A stretch of DNA of 64,000 nucleotides, taken from NCBI RefSeq assembly GCF_006345805.1, contig NC_043010.1:930001-994000 (forward strand), read 5' to 3'. Positions within the stretch are counted from its first letter, which is position 1. Each line of letters opens with the position of its first letter. The notes beneath the pieces were generated by a model, which saw nothing but the letters and a program-made list of their open reading frames with translations, did not search any database and was not told the origin of the DNA. A program made the position numbers and the translations under genes. Below are positions 1-12,818 of this stretch, piece by piece. Origin of the DNA: Octopus sinensis (taxonomy: Eukaryota).

Positions 1-20
1 ATATATAACAATTAATGACA

Positions 21-646
21 TAGTGGTTCTCAACTGGGGTCCATATAATCTTTGGGCTCCATATAAGATTTCTGGGGGTCAACACAGAGAAAACAGTAAA
101 TTGGGCCCATAGTAGTATTCTATGGGTCTGTGGTGTTAGTGGTGTTATGGGCTGTTATGTGGTGTTGGTGGAGAGGATGACGGATGAGGTGGGCAGAAGT
201 AAGGCTTGCAGGGGCCAGTGGAAGAGTGAAAGGGGCATGCGTGGGCAGGAAGCACGCATGGTCAGCAAGCACGCGTGGTGAGTTCCAGCAAAGATAGCAG
301 AGCGACAGGACATGTTGAATTCATGAGAGAGACCACTGATTTCGCTAAGGTAAGGCCTTTTGTATTTCTTTCTCCCGTTGCTTCTTTTTCTGTTGTCCTT
401 TTCCTCCATCACACTACAGGGTCCACAAAAAATGTTTGCTTCAGAAGTAGTTTTTGCAACTGATAGCTAGGTTTTCAACATTTTACATTATTCTACCGAC
501 ACAATTTAACGTATCATACACAAGATAGGAATTTTAAAAGAAGTGTCTATAAAACTAGTTTTTAAACATTGAGTGACTTTTGGGGTCCACTAGAATTGAA
601 TGATAATCAAAGGGGTCTATTGATTAAAATTGGTTGAGAAACACTG
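21..646. mobile_element. hAT/Charlie-like non-autonomous DNA transposon (MITE), degenerate
   Basis: Left end TAGTGGTTCTCAAC and right end GGTTGAGAAACACTG form imperfect CAGTG-type TIRs; internal GGGGTCC subterminal motifs; no matching TSD seen. Confidence 0.55.
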
Positions 647-699
647 ACCTATGACCATAACTGTTTTACCTGTGGTCATTCCATCTTTTCTTTTACTTT

Positions 700-952
700 T
701 AAGTCAAGTGAAATCATAGTTGTATCTGATGCTGGTGACACGTAACAGCATCTGTACCTGTGACAAGGGACCCACTACACTCACAGAGTGGTTGGCATGT
801 TAGGAAGGTCATTCAGCTGTAGAAACCATGCTAAAATCAGACTGGAACCTGAACCTGATGCAGCTCTACAGCTGACCAGTTCCAATCTAACCGTTTAACC
901 CATGGCAGCCTGGAAAGCAGACAGTAAATGATGATGGTGATGATGATGATGA
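700..952 (+). mobile_element. Retroposon 3' fragment, family C, (GAT)n tail
   Basis: CCCACTACACTCACAGAGTGGTTGGCATGTTAGGAAGG...AACCCATGGCAGC...GATGATGAT; reverse complement of the copies at 13290 and 43100. Confidence 0.7.
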
Positions 953-1027
953 GTTCATCTAGAATTGTTCTCCTTTTTCTGACAGTAGGCTGTAGGATGT
1001 TTGGCTGGTATTTCTAGAAGGTCAACA

Positions 1028-1246
1028 GGCACAGGTGTGGTTGTGTGGTTAAGAAGCTTACTTTGCAACTGCATAGTTTTGGGTTCAGTCCCAATGTACA
1101 GCACCCTGGGCAAATGTCTTAACAGCTGCAGCCCCAAACTAACCAACAGGACACAGAGTTTGGTAAACAGAAAGTATGTGGAAGACCATTATATAAATAT
1201 ATATATGTATGTATGCATGTATGTATGTATGTATGTATGTATGTAC

Positions 1247-1277
<31 letters not shown>

Positions 1278-1760
1278 TGTATGTGTGTATGTATGTATGT
1301 ATGTATGTATGTATGTATGTATGTATGTATGTATGTATGTATGTATGTATGTATGTATGTATGTATGTATGTATGTATGTATGTATGTATGTATGTATGT
1401 ATGTATGTATGTATTATGTATGTATTATGTATGTATGTATGTATATATGCATGTATATATATATGTATGTATATAATAGCTGAAGATTAACATCACGCTT
1501 TGAAACTTAAAGAACTAAAGGAATTTGAATCAAACTGTTTTGATCCATGTGTGTGTGTGTTTCCCTCACACTGCCACCTGGCAACCAGTGTTGGTCTGTT
1601 TACATCATAATTTTGCAGTTCAGTAAAAAAAAGTCCAACGGAGTCAGTACCAGATTTAATAAAACAAATAAGAACTAAGGTTGATTTGTTCAATTAAACT
1701 TTTCAAGGTGGTGCCCCAGCATGGCCACATTCCAATGACTGAAGCAAAAAAATTATAAAG
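1028..1760 (+). mobile_element. tRNA-derived SINE, family A, with (ATGT)n expansion at about 1200-1475
   Basis: Head GTGGTTGTGTGGTTAAGAAGC...GGGTTCAGTCCC (A/B boxes), CCCTGGGCAAATGTCTT body, 3' GGTGCCCCAGCATGGCCAC...TGACTGAA. Confidence 0.85.
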
Positions 1761-2020
1761 CAAAACCTCAAAAGCCCACAATATTGAAAACAGAAATAAT
1801 AAAATAACAAATGTTTATAGGTAAATCAGAACACAAAGGGCAAAAGTCTTTGATGTTTTCTCTGCAGAGTTTCCAAAAAATGGTCAAAGAATCATAGTAA
1901 GAAGATTACGAATTTACCTCAGACCTGTCATAAATGCTTGCAATGGAATATATTCTATCTACAAAAGGTACCTAAGGATATGAGGTGATGGAGTTATGAA
2001 AACAAATTTAGATTTTTACA

Positions 2021-2398
2021 GGGCTGTGTGACAAGAAGCCTGCCTCCCAATCACATGGTTCTGGGTTCAGTCCCACTACATGGTACCTTGGGTTAGTGTC
2101 TTCTACTATAGCCTTGGGCTGACCAAAGCCTTATGAGTGGATTTGGTAGGCAGAAACTGAAAGAAGCCCATCGTATATGTGTGTGTGTGTGTTTGTACCC
2201 TGCCAGTGCTTGACAACCAGTGTTGGTATATTTACGTCTCCATAACTTAGCAGTTTGGCAAAAGACACCAGTACCAGGCTTAAAAACAAAAAAAAAACCC
2301 ACTAAATTCAGGGGTCGAGTCACTTGACTAAAAATTCTTCAGGGCAATGTCCCAGCATCGATGCAGTCTAATGTCTGAAACATGTAAAAAGCAAGAAA
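2021..2398 (+). mobile_element. tRNA-derived SINE, family A
   Basis: GGCTGTGTG...GGGTTCAGTCCCACT...GACCAAAGCCTTATGAGTGGATTTGGTAG...TGAAACATGTAAAAAG. Confidence 0.85.
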
Positions 2399-2632
2399 AA
2401 ACAAAAACAAATTTTATATTAAATTTTATCAAAACCAACAGCTTTAATGAGAACTGAAGTTCTGGAATTTTCTGGCTGATGAGACGCAACATGTTGAAAC
2501 AACAGCATCGCAGAATGCTGTGTGCCAATGAGCCAAGAGTGTTGGATACACTGTCATCATAAAAATGAGAAGTGATTCTTCTATGACGTGCACTACAGCG
2601 ACTAGCATACAGTTCTATATTTAACTGCACAC

Positions 2633-2714
2633 GGGCATATGGTGTAGTGGTTAAGAGCATGGGCTACTAACCCCAAGATTCCAAGTTCGATTCCAGGCAG
2701 TGACCTGAATAATA

Positions 2715-2745
<31 letters not shown>

Positions 2746-2892
2746 TATTGAAAAATACCTTAGCAATGAGAACCCAGCTTCGAAATTTCCCCCAAGACAC
2801 CTGATGAAGGCTGGAGGGTATATCAGCCGAAACATTGTGTTAACAATTGACACGATGAGGACAAATATCCATCAAATGTAAATAATGTAAAT
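2633..2892 (+). mobile_element. tRNA-headed SINE-like element carrying an internal hammerhead motif
   Basis: A box TGGTGTAGTGG, anticodon-like stem GGG-CTACTAA-CCC, B box GTTCGATTCC, (AAT)n spacer, HHR motif, 3' AATGTAAAT tandem tail. Confidence 0.75.
2797..2840 (+). ncRNA. Type I minimal hammerhead ribozyme motif
   Basis: ACAC-CTGATGA-A-GGCTG(gagggtatat)CAGCC-GAAAC-ATT-GTGT; stem I ACAC/GTGT, stem II GGCTG/CAGCC; stem III probably CpG-decayed from ACGT. Confidence 0.7.
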
Positions 2893-3073
2893 AGCAACTA
2901 GCATATTTTGCATTTGGACCTGCCTAGACATGTGAAGAATAAATATGCATAGAATTGTTCCAGGTCTCCCTGAATGTGGTGCAAAGAAGAATTTTTTTTA
3001 TAATGATTTTTTAAGATTTTGTATTTGTTTTATCTAAATGTAAACTTTTCTTGTGTATTAAAAAAATAAAAAC

Positions 3074-3980
3074 ATGATGATGATGATGATGATGATGATA
3101 TTAGTAGTGATGATAATGATGATGATAACAAAAGCGACGATAATTATGCTGACAACAATGATAATGATGATAACTATGATTATGATGATAATGAATGATG
3201 GTGATGATAGTGATGATGGTGATGATAGTGATGATGGTGATGATAGTGATGATGGTGATAATGATGAGGACAGTGATGTGGGCAATGATAATGATGACAG
3301 TGATGATGATGAGGATAATGAGAATGATGATTATGATGACTACAGTGATAGTTAGTGGTGGTGATGATGTTGATGATTATAACGAAGATGATTATGATGG
3401 TGAAAATGATAATGACGACAGTGATGATGATGATGATGACAATGATGGTGATGATGATGATGACAATAATGATTACAGTGATGATATCTATGATAAATTA
3501 TTCTTGTAAATTTCACAATAATTATAGGCCTTCATCACATTCTTCTGTATTTAATGCAGAAGTTGCAATTGCTGTGTTTCAAGTACAACACTCTAATGAA
3601 GAGATGAACACCACAACAAGCACCAAAGCCACGACCACCACCGAAGCCACCATTACCATCACTACTAGCGCCATCGTTACCAACACCAAGACTAGCACCT
3701 CCTTCAATCATTATCATCACCACCATCAGCACTTTAATCACCAAGACCACCTCCAGCACTACAGCCACCACCACCACCACCACCACACCACCACCACCAC
3801 CACCACTACCACTATCACCACCACCGTTATACCATCATACCATCATCATCATCATCATTACTATCATCACTACCACTATCACCACCACCACCACCATCAC
3901 AATCATCAGCAGACACCACCACTATATCAGCATCACCATCATCATCACGACCACCAACACCGTTAACTACTACTACCACA
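3074..3980. repeat. Degenerate trinucleotide tracts: (GAT)n at 3074-3500, (CAC/CAT)n at 3610-3980
   Basis: Direct reading; source of the poly-M/D/H/T pseudo-ORFs. Confidence 0.95.
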
Positions 3981-4292
3981 TATGTATCCACCCGACCATT
4001 ACTAACACCAATACTGTTCTCCTTGAAGATATTATCCCCCAATAACTAGTGTGGCAGCACCGTTATCAAATTGCTATAAAATCAAAAGACACACAAGATG
4101 AAAGGAAATTACAAGGATCTCCATTGAATGGAGAGTGGAAGCATTGTGGAGCAGTGGTAAAACCTTGGCATGCTACGGTTGATAGTTGGGGTTCAATCTC
4201 AATAGCATTTCACTAATTTTCTTTTCCTTTATTTTTTTATTCTACTCTATTTCTTTAATGATTTCTTCATTTCCTTTTCTTTTTAATTTTTT

Positions 4293-4713
4293 TTATTTGT
4301 TTCATTCATTTGACTGTGGCCATGCTGGAGCACTAACTTTTATCAAACAAATCGACCCCAGGACTTATTCTTTGTAAACCTAGAACTTATTCTATCGGAC
4401 TCTTTTGCTGAACCACTAAGTTACAGGGACATAAACACACCAGCATTGGTTGTCAAGCGATGGTGGGGGACAAACACAGACACACAAACATACACATACA
4501 CGCACGCGCGCACACACACACACGCACACACACACACACGCACGCATATACAATGGGCTTCTTTCAGTTTCTATCTACCAAATCCACTCACAAGGCTTTA
4601 TTGGCCCAAGACTATAGTAGAAGACACTTGCCCAAGGTGTCCCACAGTGGGACTGAATCCAGAACTATGTGGTTGGGAAGCAAGCTTCTTACCACACAAC
4701 CATGACTGCACCT
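4293..4713 (-). mobile_element. tRNA-derived SINE, family A
   Basis: Reverse-complement copy: TTTGACTGTGGCCATGCTGGAGCAC...TACCAAATCCACTCACAAGGCTT...GGGACTGAATCC...CTTACCACACAACCA. Confidence 0.88.
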
Positions 4714-4778
4714 GGCTTCTTACCAGACACACACTCACAGGCATACCTCAACCTACTTTGGTAACTGGCCCCAAGACA

Positions 4779-5198
4779 GGATCTTTTCGGTTTGAACGGC
4801 AGTTTTTTAAAATAATTTCCACATAACTAAACACTTTTAAACTTCATATACTGGTAGAATGTGTTTATAAAACATCTTTTTCTCTTGGCTTTATTGAGAA
4901 AATTCTATAGTTTGTAAGATATTTGTTGTTTTTTTTTCTTCAATTTCTGCAATTTCAACCAATCAATGACGTCTATTGAGGTAAAAAACATTCTGTGCCG
5001 TATGAACATGTCCCTTGTTTAAGAAACAGATTGGGTTTATTTACATTTCTGAAGAAAATAAAAAACCCTTCACCCCCACCCTAACCCCAACCCTAAAACA
5101 GATTGAAATGCAATAGATCAATACTAGGGTCATAATTATGGGTGACAATTTCGTATGACACCGCTAGAAAAAAACTGCCATTCAAACCGAAAAGATCC
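4779..5198. mobile_element. Merlin-like MITE with about 29-bp TIRs and a perfect 8-bp TSD
   Basis: TIRs GGATCTTTTCGGTTTGAACGGCAGTTTTT / AAAAACTGCCATTCAAACCGAAAAGATCC (1 mismatch); TSD CCAAGACA at 4771-4778 and 5199-5206; GG termini plus 8-bp TSD fit Merlin. Confidence 0.85.
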
Positions 5199-5486
5199 CC
5201 AAGACAAGTAGCTTAACTTGAAAAATTGCGTAATATGAAAAAGCATTTTTAAAAATTTATTTGCAAATTTCTCTTTTAACAAATGATTTGTACAAACTTT
5301 CACATGTATTTTATTTGGTTTTTCCACTTCAGCATCAGTTTTACGTATCTTTTTTTTTTCCTAAATTTAAATCTGTTTACTGAGACAGAAGTAAATTCAG
5401 ATAAATTGACTGAAGATGAGTTTATTTTTTTGCATTTATTTCTTTAAACAAAAAAGGACAATGTTGACAAAGACTTAATGAGGAAC

Positions 5487-5639
5487 AGTGTGGCTGTGTG
5501 GTAAAAAGTTTGCTTCTCCACAACATGGTTCTGAGTTCAGTCCCATTGTGCAGCACCTTGAGCAAGTGTCTTCTACTATAGCCTTGGGTCAACAAAGCCT
5601 TCTGAGAGGATTCCGTAGAATAAAACAGAAGGAACCCCA

Positions 5640-5640
<1 letters not shown>
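5487..5640 (+). mobile_element. SINE family A, 5' half
   Basis: GTGGCTGTGTGGTAAAAAG...GAGTTCAGTCCC...CTTGAGCAAGTGTCTTCTACTATAGCC. Confidence 0.8.
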
Positions 5641-5690
<50 letters not shown>

Positions 5691-6024
5691 TTCAGCAATG
5701 TAACTACACACGTGCTGTTGGGAATTTGTTTTGTTTTTTTCCATCTTTGGACTTTTTCATTTCCCCTTTCCGATGAAGTGTTATGTTTGAAATATCAAAA
5801 ACTCTCCCCTTTTATTGAGCATCAAGCTAACACATTCCTTGTACATGTCCTCCTGTTATCACTTATTGATAATTTTATTATTCAGCTATTTGAATTGATT
5901 GTTCATTTGAATAGACTACATATATATATACATATATATATACATACATACATACATACATACATACATACATACATACATACATACATACATACATACA
6001 TACATACATACATACATACATACA

Positions 6025-6060
<36 letters not shown>

Positions 6061-6061
6061 T

Positions 6062-6246
6062 ATGCTTAGTGGTATTTCATCTGCCGTTACGTTCTGAGTT
6101 CAAATTCCACCAAGGTCGACTTTGCCTTTCATCCTTTCAGGGTCAATAAGTTAAGTACCAGTTACGCACTGGGGTCGATGTAATCGACTTAATCTCCTTG
6201 TTTGTCCCCTCTATATTTAGCCCCCTTGTGGGCAATAAAGAAATAA
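6062..6246 (+). mobile_element. Nin-domain SINE, family B (5'-truncated)
   Basis: GACTTTGCCTTTCATCCTTTCAGGGTCAATAAGTTAAGTACCAG resembles the Nin central domain; 3' GCCCCTTGTGGGCAATAAAGAAAT. Confidence 0.8.
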
Positions 6247-6266
6247 GATACTGTGTGGAAGCCTGC

Positions 6267-6330
<64 letters not shown>

Positions 6331-6939
6331 TGTGTGTGTGTGTTTCTTTGTCTTAGCATCAATGATTGTTGTAAATGTCTTTCATTTCCAATGTTCTGGC
6401 CATGGAGAAATATAACCTTGCCTAGGAAGAAGTAAAGGTTGAGAAGCGGAAGAGTATCGTTCAGCCATAGAAAATACAAACAAGGCAAGCATGGAACTGT
6501 GGATGTTAAATGAATGATACAAATGCCAAGGAAACCAATAACTCTTGCCTGGACAGACTTCAGGCTAACTGTTGACAAATAAATATAAGCCTCTTAAGTA
6601 TGAGATTCTTAATCCCTCATGGCTATTGAACCTATCAACCTTTCCTATGAGCTAACTATTGCTGACACATCTCATCACCAGGTTTCTTGGGATTCTATAT
6701 TTAATCTTTATATTGAACATATCACCTCACTGTCAAGGAGACAAATTGGCTGTATGGCTTGAGTTTTTGTGGGATTACCTTGGTGTATATGTTCTGACGA
6801 GCAAAATGCTCCCCATCCCCGTCCAATGGACGGTGCTGAGTTGTCAAATATTTAAACCAAATTTTCTCAAAACAACTTGTCTGACTGTCCCATAGGCCTC
6901 CCCTTTGAGAAACACTGATTTAATCTAAATTTGAGACAC

Positions 6940-7221
6940 CAGGAAAAAGAAGAAATAAAGATAGACTTTTTTTACAATTCCAAAGAAAAAACGATTTTCT
7001 TCACACAAATATGCAACCGAAGAGTTTAAAGTACCAGTAATGATAGGGCTGTTGATTTTGGAGAACACAATCAATTTTTGTAATTTTTTCAAGACTTATA
7101 CACGCCCTGATACCGTCAGTATCTACATATCAAATTTGAGTGCAATCGGATGGAGGATGCCCAAGATCCTAGAAGACACACAGACAGACAGACAGACAGA
7201 ACAGATTTTATATAATAGATA
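6940..7221 (+). mobile_element. Helentron/DINE-like non-autonomous rolling-circle element, 3' part
   Basis: CATATCAAATTTGAGTGCAATCGG...(CAGA)n...TTTTATATAATAGAT terminus typical of HINE/DINE-type elements; 5' limit uncertain. Confidence 0.45.
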
Positions 7222-8151
7222 TTCTGTGCTCTGAATTCAAATCCTGCTGAGATCAATGCTTTCATCCTTTTGGAGTCATTCATCATCATCATCATCATCA
7301 TCACCATTTTAATACCCCCTTTTCCATGCTTGCAGGAGAGTCAGATGGGGTTTGCTGAGACATATGGCAGATTTTCTACACCTGGATGCTCTTTCTGTCA
7401 CCAATCCTCATCTGTTTTCAAGCAAAATAATATTTCTTTGTGCCCAGATATATTTCCACAGAATATTGGAAAGGAATGGCATTGCTGGCAATGACAATGT
7501 CGTTCGTTTACAACTCTTGTGCAATGTCAAAACAATGAGACATAAATACATCCCCACACACAATGTTTCTGCATACCAAATCCACTCACAAGTCTTTGGT
7601 TAACTCAAGACTATTGTAGAAGTCACTTGCCACTGGTGCCATGTAGTGGGACTGAACCCACAACCATGGGATCAGGAAGCATGCCTGCATCTATTCAGTT
7701 AAAATAAAGTGTCAATCCAGAAGGACAGATTAATTATTGGAGAAGCAGACAAACCTTGTAATGTCTTTTCCAATGCTTTACTTTCTAACCTTAATAACAG
7801 TTTGGAGAAGGGAAATTCATACACATAGACAATTGATGGTCATGCATGAATAAAGTTTACCTAAGCATCCAAGTATAATACTTTGGAGAGGAACTTACCA
7901 GGTGCAGGTTTATGGTCAGTCATGGCTGACTAAGTTCCCATCTCATACCTTGCCAAATTACTAACCGTTAACGTTTACAGTTTGCTATTGCTAAACTGAA
8001 GCTACATAAACCATGACAAAGTAGAGTAATCTCATACAGGATGTGACTCAGAGTATCAAAATGTGGTATATTTCTAGTGAGAAATCTACATGAGAGAGAA
8101 GTAAGTTTAGGAAAGAACAAACACACTGATCCTGCATATACGGATCCAGGC

Positions 8152-8803
8152 CAATGGTTTTTAACTATTTTTGCCGATGAATCCCTTAGATTCCTATTTT
8201 ACTCAGATGGACCCCCATTGCCATCTGATCTTTAAAAAGTCCTATTGTGTTTTTATAATTGAATACTCTTTACTCTTTTACTTGTTTCAGTCATTTGACT
8301 ACAGCCATGCTGGAGCACCGCCTTTAGTCGAGCAAATTGACCCCATGACTTATTCTTTGTAAGCCTAGTACTTATTGTATTGGTCCCTTTTGCCGGACCG
8401 CTAAGTTACAGGGATGTAAACACACCAGCATCGGTTGTCAAGCAATGTTGGAGGGACAAACACACACACATATATATACATATATACAAAGGGCTTCTTT
8501 CAGTTTCCGTCTACCAAATCCACTCACAAGGCTTTGGTCGGCCTGAGGCTATAGTAGAAGACACTTGCCCAAGGTGTCATGCAGTGGGACTGAACCCGGA
8601 ACCATGTGGTTCATAAGCAAGCTCCTTACCACACAGCCACTCCAACACCTACTGTATAAATTTTATAATTGAATATTGTATAAAAATAAATTAAGATATT
8701 TTGTGTATTGTAGAATTATAAGCAATTTATGGCACATAAATTTTAACAACAGAATCTTATGTGGACCCCCAAGGGCCATACAGGTCCTGGCTGAGAACCA
8801 CTG
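8152..8803. mobile_element. hAT-like MITE interrupted by a SINE A insertion
   Basis: Ends CAATGGTTTTTAAC / GCTGAGAACCACTG; homologous to 28966-29201; ATAATTGAATA appears on both sides of the nested SINE. Confidence 0.65.
8265..8650 (-). mobile_element. tRNA-derived SINE, family A (nested in MITE)
   Basis: Near full-length reverse copy from the ACTCTTTT tail repeats to CCACACAGCCACTCC. Confidence 0.9.
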
Positions 8804-9226
8804 GTTTAGACAAAGATTCAGATTGTCTCTGCACTGAATGTATTGTTGGGCATTAGGATTGTTATATGCAAAGGAATAGCTTGCATTTTGATTGAGCTAG
8901 GATTAAGTTACAAATGAAGAGGATAGAAGCAAGGTCGTAAACAGTGAGCTCTGCATTTAAACGGATGGATTAAAGACCAACGTTCTTTTGTATCATCATT
9001 TTAACGTCCACCAGGGTCATATTTTCTATGGCTGCATACTCATCCTGTTGTCAGCCCTTACCTGTTTCCAAGCAAGGTAATATTTCTCCAGAATATTAGA
9101 AATGAATGATATTTATTTACAACAAACATGTGATGTCAATACAAACACACACACACACACACACACACACATTTGATTAATGAGAGAGAGAGAGACAGAA
9201 GATGGAAGATATGAGAATCTTTATTG

Positions 9227-9312
9227 CTCATTACAATTGTTTCAACCTATTTAGCGCTGAACTCTCATGTGTGGGATACTGAACATCAGGTTTAGGTGTA
9301 TCCTCAGTATAG
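9227..9312 (-). ncRNA. Degenerate hammerhead-like motif
   Basis: Minus strand: CTGAGGA...ACCTA...TAGGT-T-GAAAC-AATT-GTA; palindromic stem III ACAATTGT; stem I poor. Confidence 0.4.
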
Positions 9313-11187
9313 ATGTATCTCCTCAGATAATTTCAAGAGGTATTTCATTAAGATAAATGCATAATACAACTAAAAAAGTATTATACATATATATATAAAT
9401 ATCTATATACTATTAAAAGTGAAGTTCAATCTCGTTTGCAATGTTACTCAGCCAAACTGGCACATAGTGAGAAAAGTACTTTGAAAGTAAATGCCCCTGA
9501 AATGTGAATACAAATGGAATAAAATAAGTTTCATGTAAATTGGACTAGTAGTTATTGAGATATCCGAGATTTTGGGGTATAAATACCCAAAATGTTGCAT
9601 AATGGGAAAATACTCCAAAAAATAACTTTACCCCGAAAGAGAAGAAACTCTAACCTTTCCATTAGACACATTAAAATATGCAAAATATTTTAAAATGAAA
9701 ATGACTTTAAAAATATGGTAAATACTTTGTAAAAGACCAGTTTATAACCTTGGTATGAAATAGTGCTTTTCCATGCATTTCTTTTGTGTGCATTCAATGT
9801 ATCTCACCTCCAAAGATTTAGCTACTATGTCTAGCACGCCCTGATACTATGTAACAGTTATTTGCAATAAAGGACCCGAAATACCTGCTACGTGGTAGCA
9901 AGGCGTGCAAGAAATAGCAGCCAAATCTTTCCTTTTCTGGGAAAAGGAGCCATTTATGTGTGATTTTGATGTCACATTTGTTGAAAGTATGTTAAATAAT
10001 ATGGAAAAGAAAAAAAAACCCATGAACCAAAACTCCACTGCTGGGAAACTCAGACTTGAACGGGTCATGAGTAGTCTAATATATATATATACACACACAT
10101 ACATGAGAGGCTTTTACACAGCTTCTGTCTATCAAATTCACTCACAAACCATTGGTTGGCCCAAAACTATAAAAGAAAACATATGTCCAAGGTGCCACAA
10201 AGGGGGACTGAACCCCAAATTCTATGGTTGCAAAGTCAGCTTTTTAACTCCATAGCCAAACATGATAACATGCCAAGACATTTATACAGTGACAAATATT
10301 CACCTACACACACACACACACATGCATGCACACATACATGCAACCACAACAATAGCAAGAGTTGCAACAGCAGCAGCAGCAGCAACAACAACAACAACAC
10401 TCGTATGCTTTTGTTCACAAAAATCACCATTCCATTTATAAATAGATATTTATTTATCATTCCGTTCTGAACAACAGAAAGAACAAAACCATAGAAGGGA
10501 AAAAAAACAAAAAGAAAAGGGACAAAACTTGCCAAGTTTATTTCCAAATTCCAGTTACTTTCTTCCATTTTATTGAAATAACTACTTATTCTTCTTCCCA
10601 TGATGTTCATGGTTTTTCCACATTCTTCTTATTATTGTCTTATACCTACCACATATATATGTATATATACATATATATATATATCTATATATATATATAT
10701 ATATATATACACATACATACATATATACATATATATATATATCTATATATATATATATATATCTACACACATACATACACATATATGTATTGTATATATG
10801 CATGTGTGTGTGTATATATACACACACACATGCACAATATTTATATATATATATACACTACATACACATATACACACATTCTCTATATTTCTCTTTTACT
10901 TCTTATTCAAACTTCTTCCTTATTCTATATTCTTCCATTTTATCTATTTTTCACACTAAATCGTGATTCTTCTTCACTTTATATATTATTTTATTCTCTT
11001 ATACTTTAATTGTCACCAATTCTCAGCAAAGATTTTTTTTTTGTTTTTACATATTATTCGTTTTGTCTTTTTGATGTCGTTTTTCTTCATGTGAAGGTAA
11101 AATGGAGGAAAAAAAACATAAAAGAAATCAAAAAACATTATAGGTTTTCTGCAAATTTTTCTTGAGTCAGTCATTATTTTACTTCAA

Positions 11188-11191
<4 letters not shown>

Positions 11192-11256
<65 letters not shown>

Positions 11257-11378
11257 CACACACAGATCTCTTGTTAATGTGTTTTCTCTCTCTTCACCAT
11301 TCCTTCAATCAGTCTCTCTGTCTCTTTCTCTCTCTGCTCTATTTCTAACTCTTCTTCTCTTACACAGACACACACACA

Positions 11379-11427
<49 letters not shown>

Positions 11428-11529
11428 TCTCTTGTTAATGTGTTTTCTCTCTCTTCACCATTCCTTCAATCAGTCTCTCTGTCTCTTTCTCTCTCTGCTC
11501 TATTTCTAACTCTTCTTCTCTTACACAGA

Positions 11530-11582
<53 letters not shown>
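11192..11582. repeat. Tandem duplication, period about 160 bp, bounded by (CA)n
   Basis: Identical unit of about 105 bp, GATCTCTTGTTAATGTG...CTTACACAGA, at 11265 and 11425. Confidence 0.95.
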
Positions 11583-11587
<5 letters not shown>

Positions 11588-11886
11588 GTCCCTCTTTAAT
11601 CTATTTCCTCACTTCCTTCCTAGCCTACCCCCACTTGCAACTCTAATGTACATGTAGACACATGCTTACAAACACACACACTTTCTACACACATCTTTGT
11701 CTCTCTCTCTTTCTTTTTGCACACTTCTCTTTACCTTTCTCCCACCTTCTCTCTCTCTCTTTCTCTCTTACACACTTTGCTACTCTCCCTCTCTCTTAGT
11801 CTATATTTCTCCTTATCTCTCTCTCAGCCAGTTAGCTTGACTTTACCCCTTTCTAACTGTTCTTCTCTTTCAAGTTATATGGCACA

Positions 11887-11925
<39 letters not shown>

Positions 11926-12594
11926 ACACACTCCAGCACGTATGCATTTGAATGGATCCTCCATCAAGTTTTGATGATGAAAATTCCAGTTGTTTGATCA
12001 ACAAGCCAGCCTACTCATTAAATTAACATGTACGTCAGTGAGCATCCCACATAAAAGACACTGGTACTCAGCGTAATTCTTAAGAAGAACCAGCTTGACA
12101 CTGTCAGTGACAAGACTGGACGCTTTAATTACAGGTAGAGTTCGTATACATGTGTATTTGCACATGGACACACACACATAAGAACAACCTACACGTTGCC
12201 ATATCTGACAGCATAAAAGACACACAGGTTTTTAATGTATTAAAACATGTGGCATTTAATCCTTTAGCATTTAAACTAGCCATCCCTGGCCCAAATATTT
12301 CACTTGTCTTATGTTGGTACCAGCTGGATACAGCCTCTCATACCTACAATGTTGTTTTAGAAATTGAAACCTCAAAGCTATGAAATAATGCATGAATAAT
12401 TTAAAACAAATTGAATAAATAAGCATTACATTTGATAGATAATCTGAATACCAAAGAGTTAAAGCAACCTAGTACTACATTACAAAAGTACCTCATTTTT
12501 TATAGCTGTATGTAATGTGCTTCGAGAACCCTTATTCCAAATGTGAATTATTTCAAGTTCTCTAGAAAGTTTATGAAATTCTTATAATGCCAAC

Positions 12595-12595
12595 A

Positions 12596-12648
<53 letters not shown>

Positions 12649-12679
12649 CATTATTAGTATTATTATTATTATCATTATA

Positions 12680-12741
<62 letters not shown>

Positions 12742-12750
12742 TAATATTAA

Positions 12751-12811
<61 letters not shown>

Positions 12812-12812
12812 A
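12595..12812. repeat. (ATT)n microsatellite
   Basis: Direct reading. Confidence 0.98.
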
Positions 12813-12818
12813 TGAAGA

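Noticed and set aside
2474-2510. CTGATGA...GAAAC hammerhead-like spacing
   Set aside because: No stem III or NUH cleavage triplet and no convincing stem I; lies in what may be decayed LINE sequence.
3355-3966. 203-aa His/Thr-rich ORF
   Set aside because: Degenerate CAC/CAT triplet repeat; no domain or splice support.
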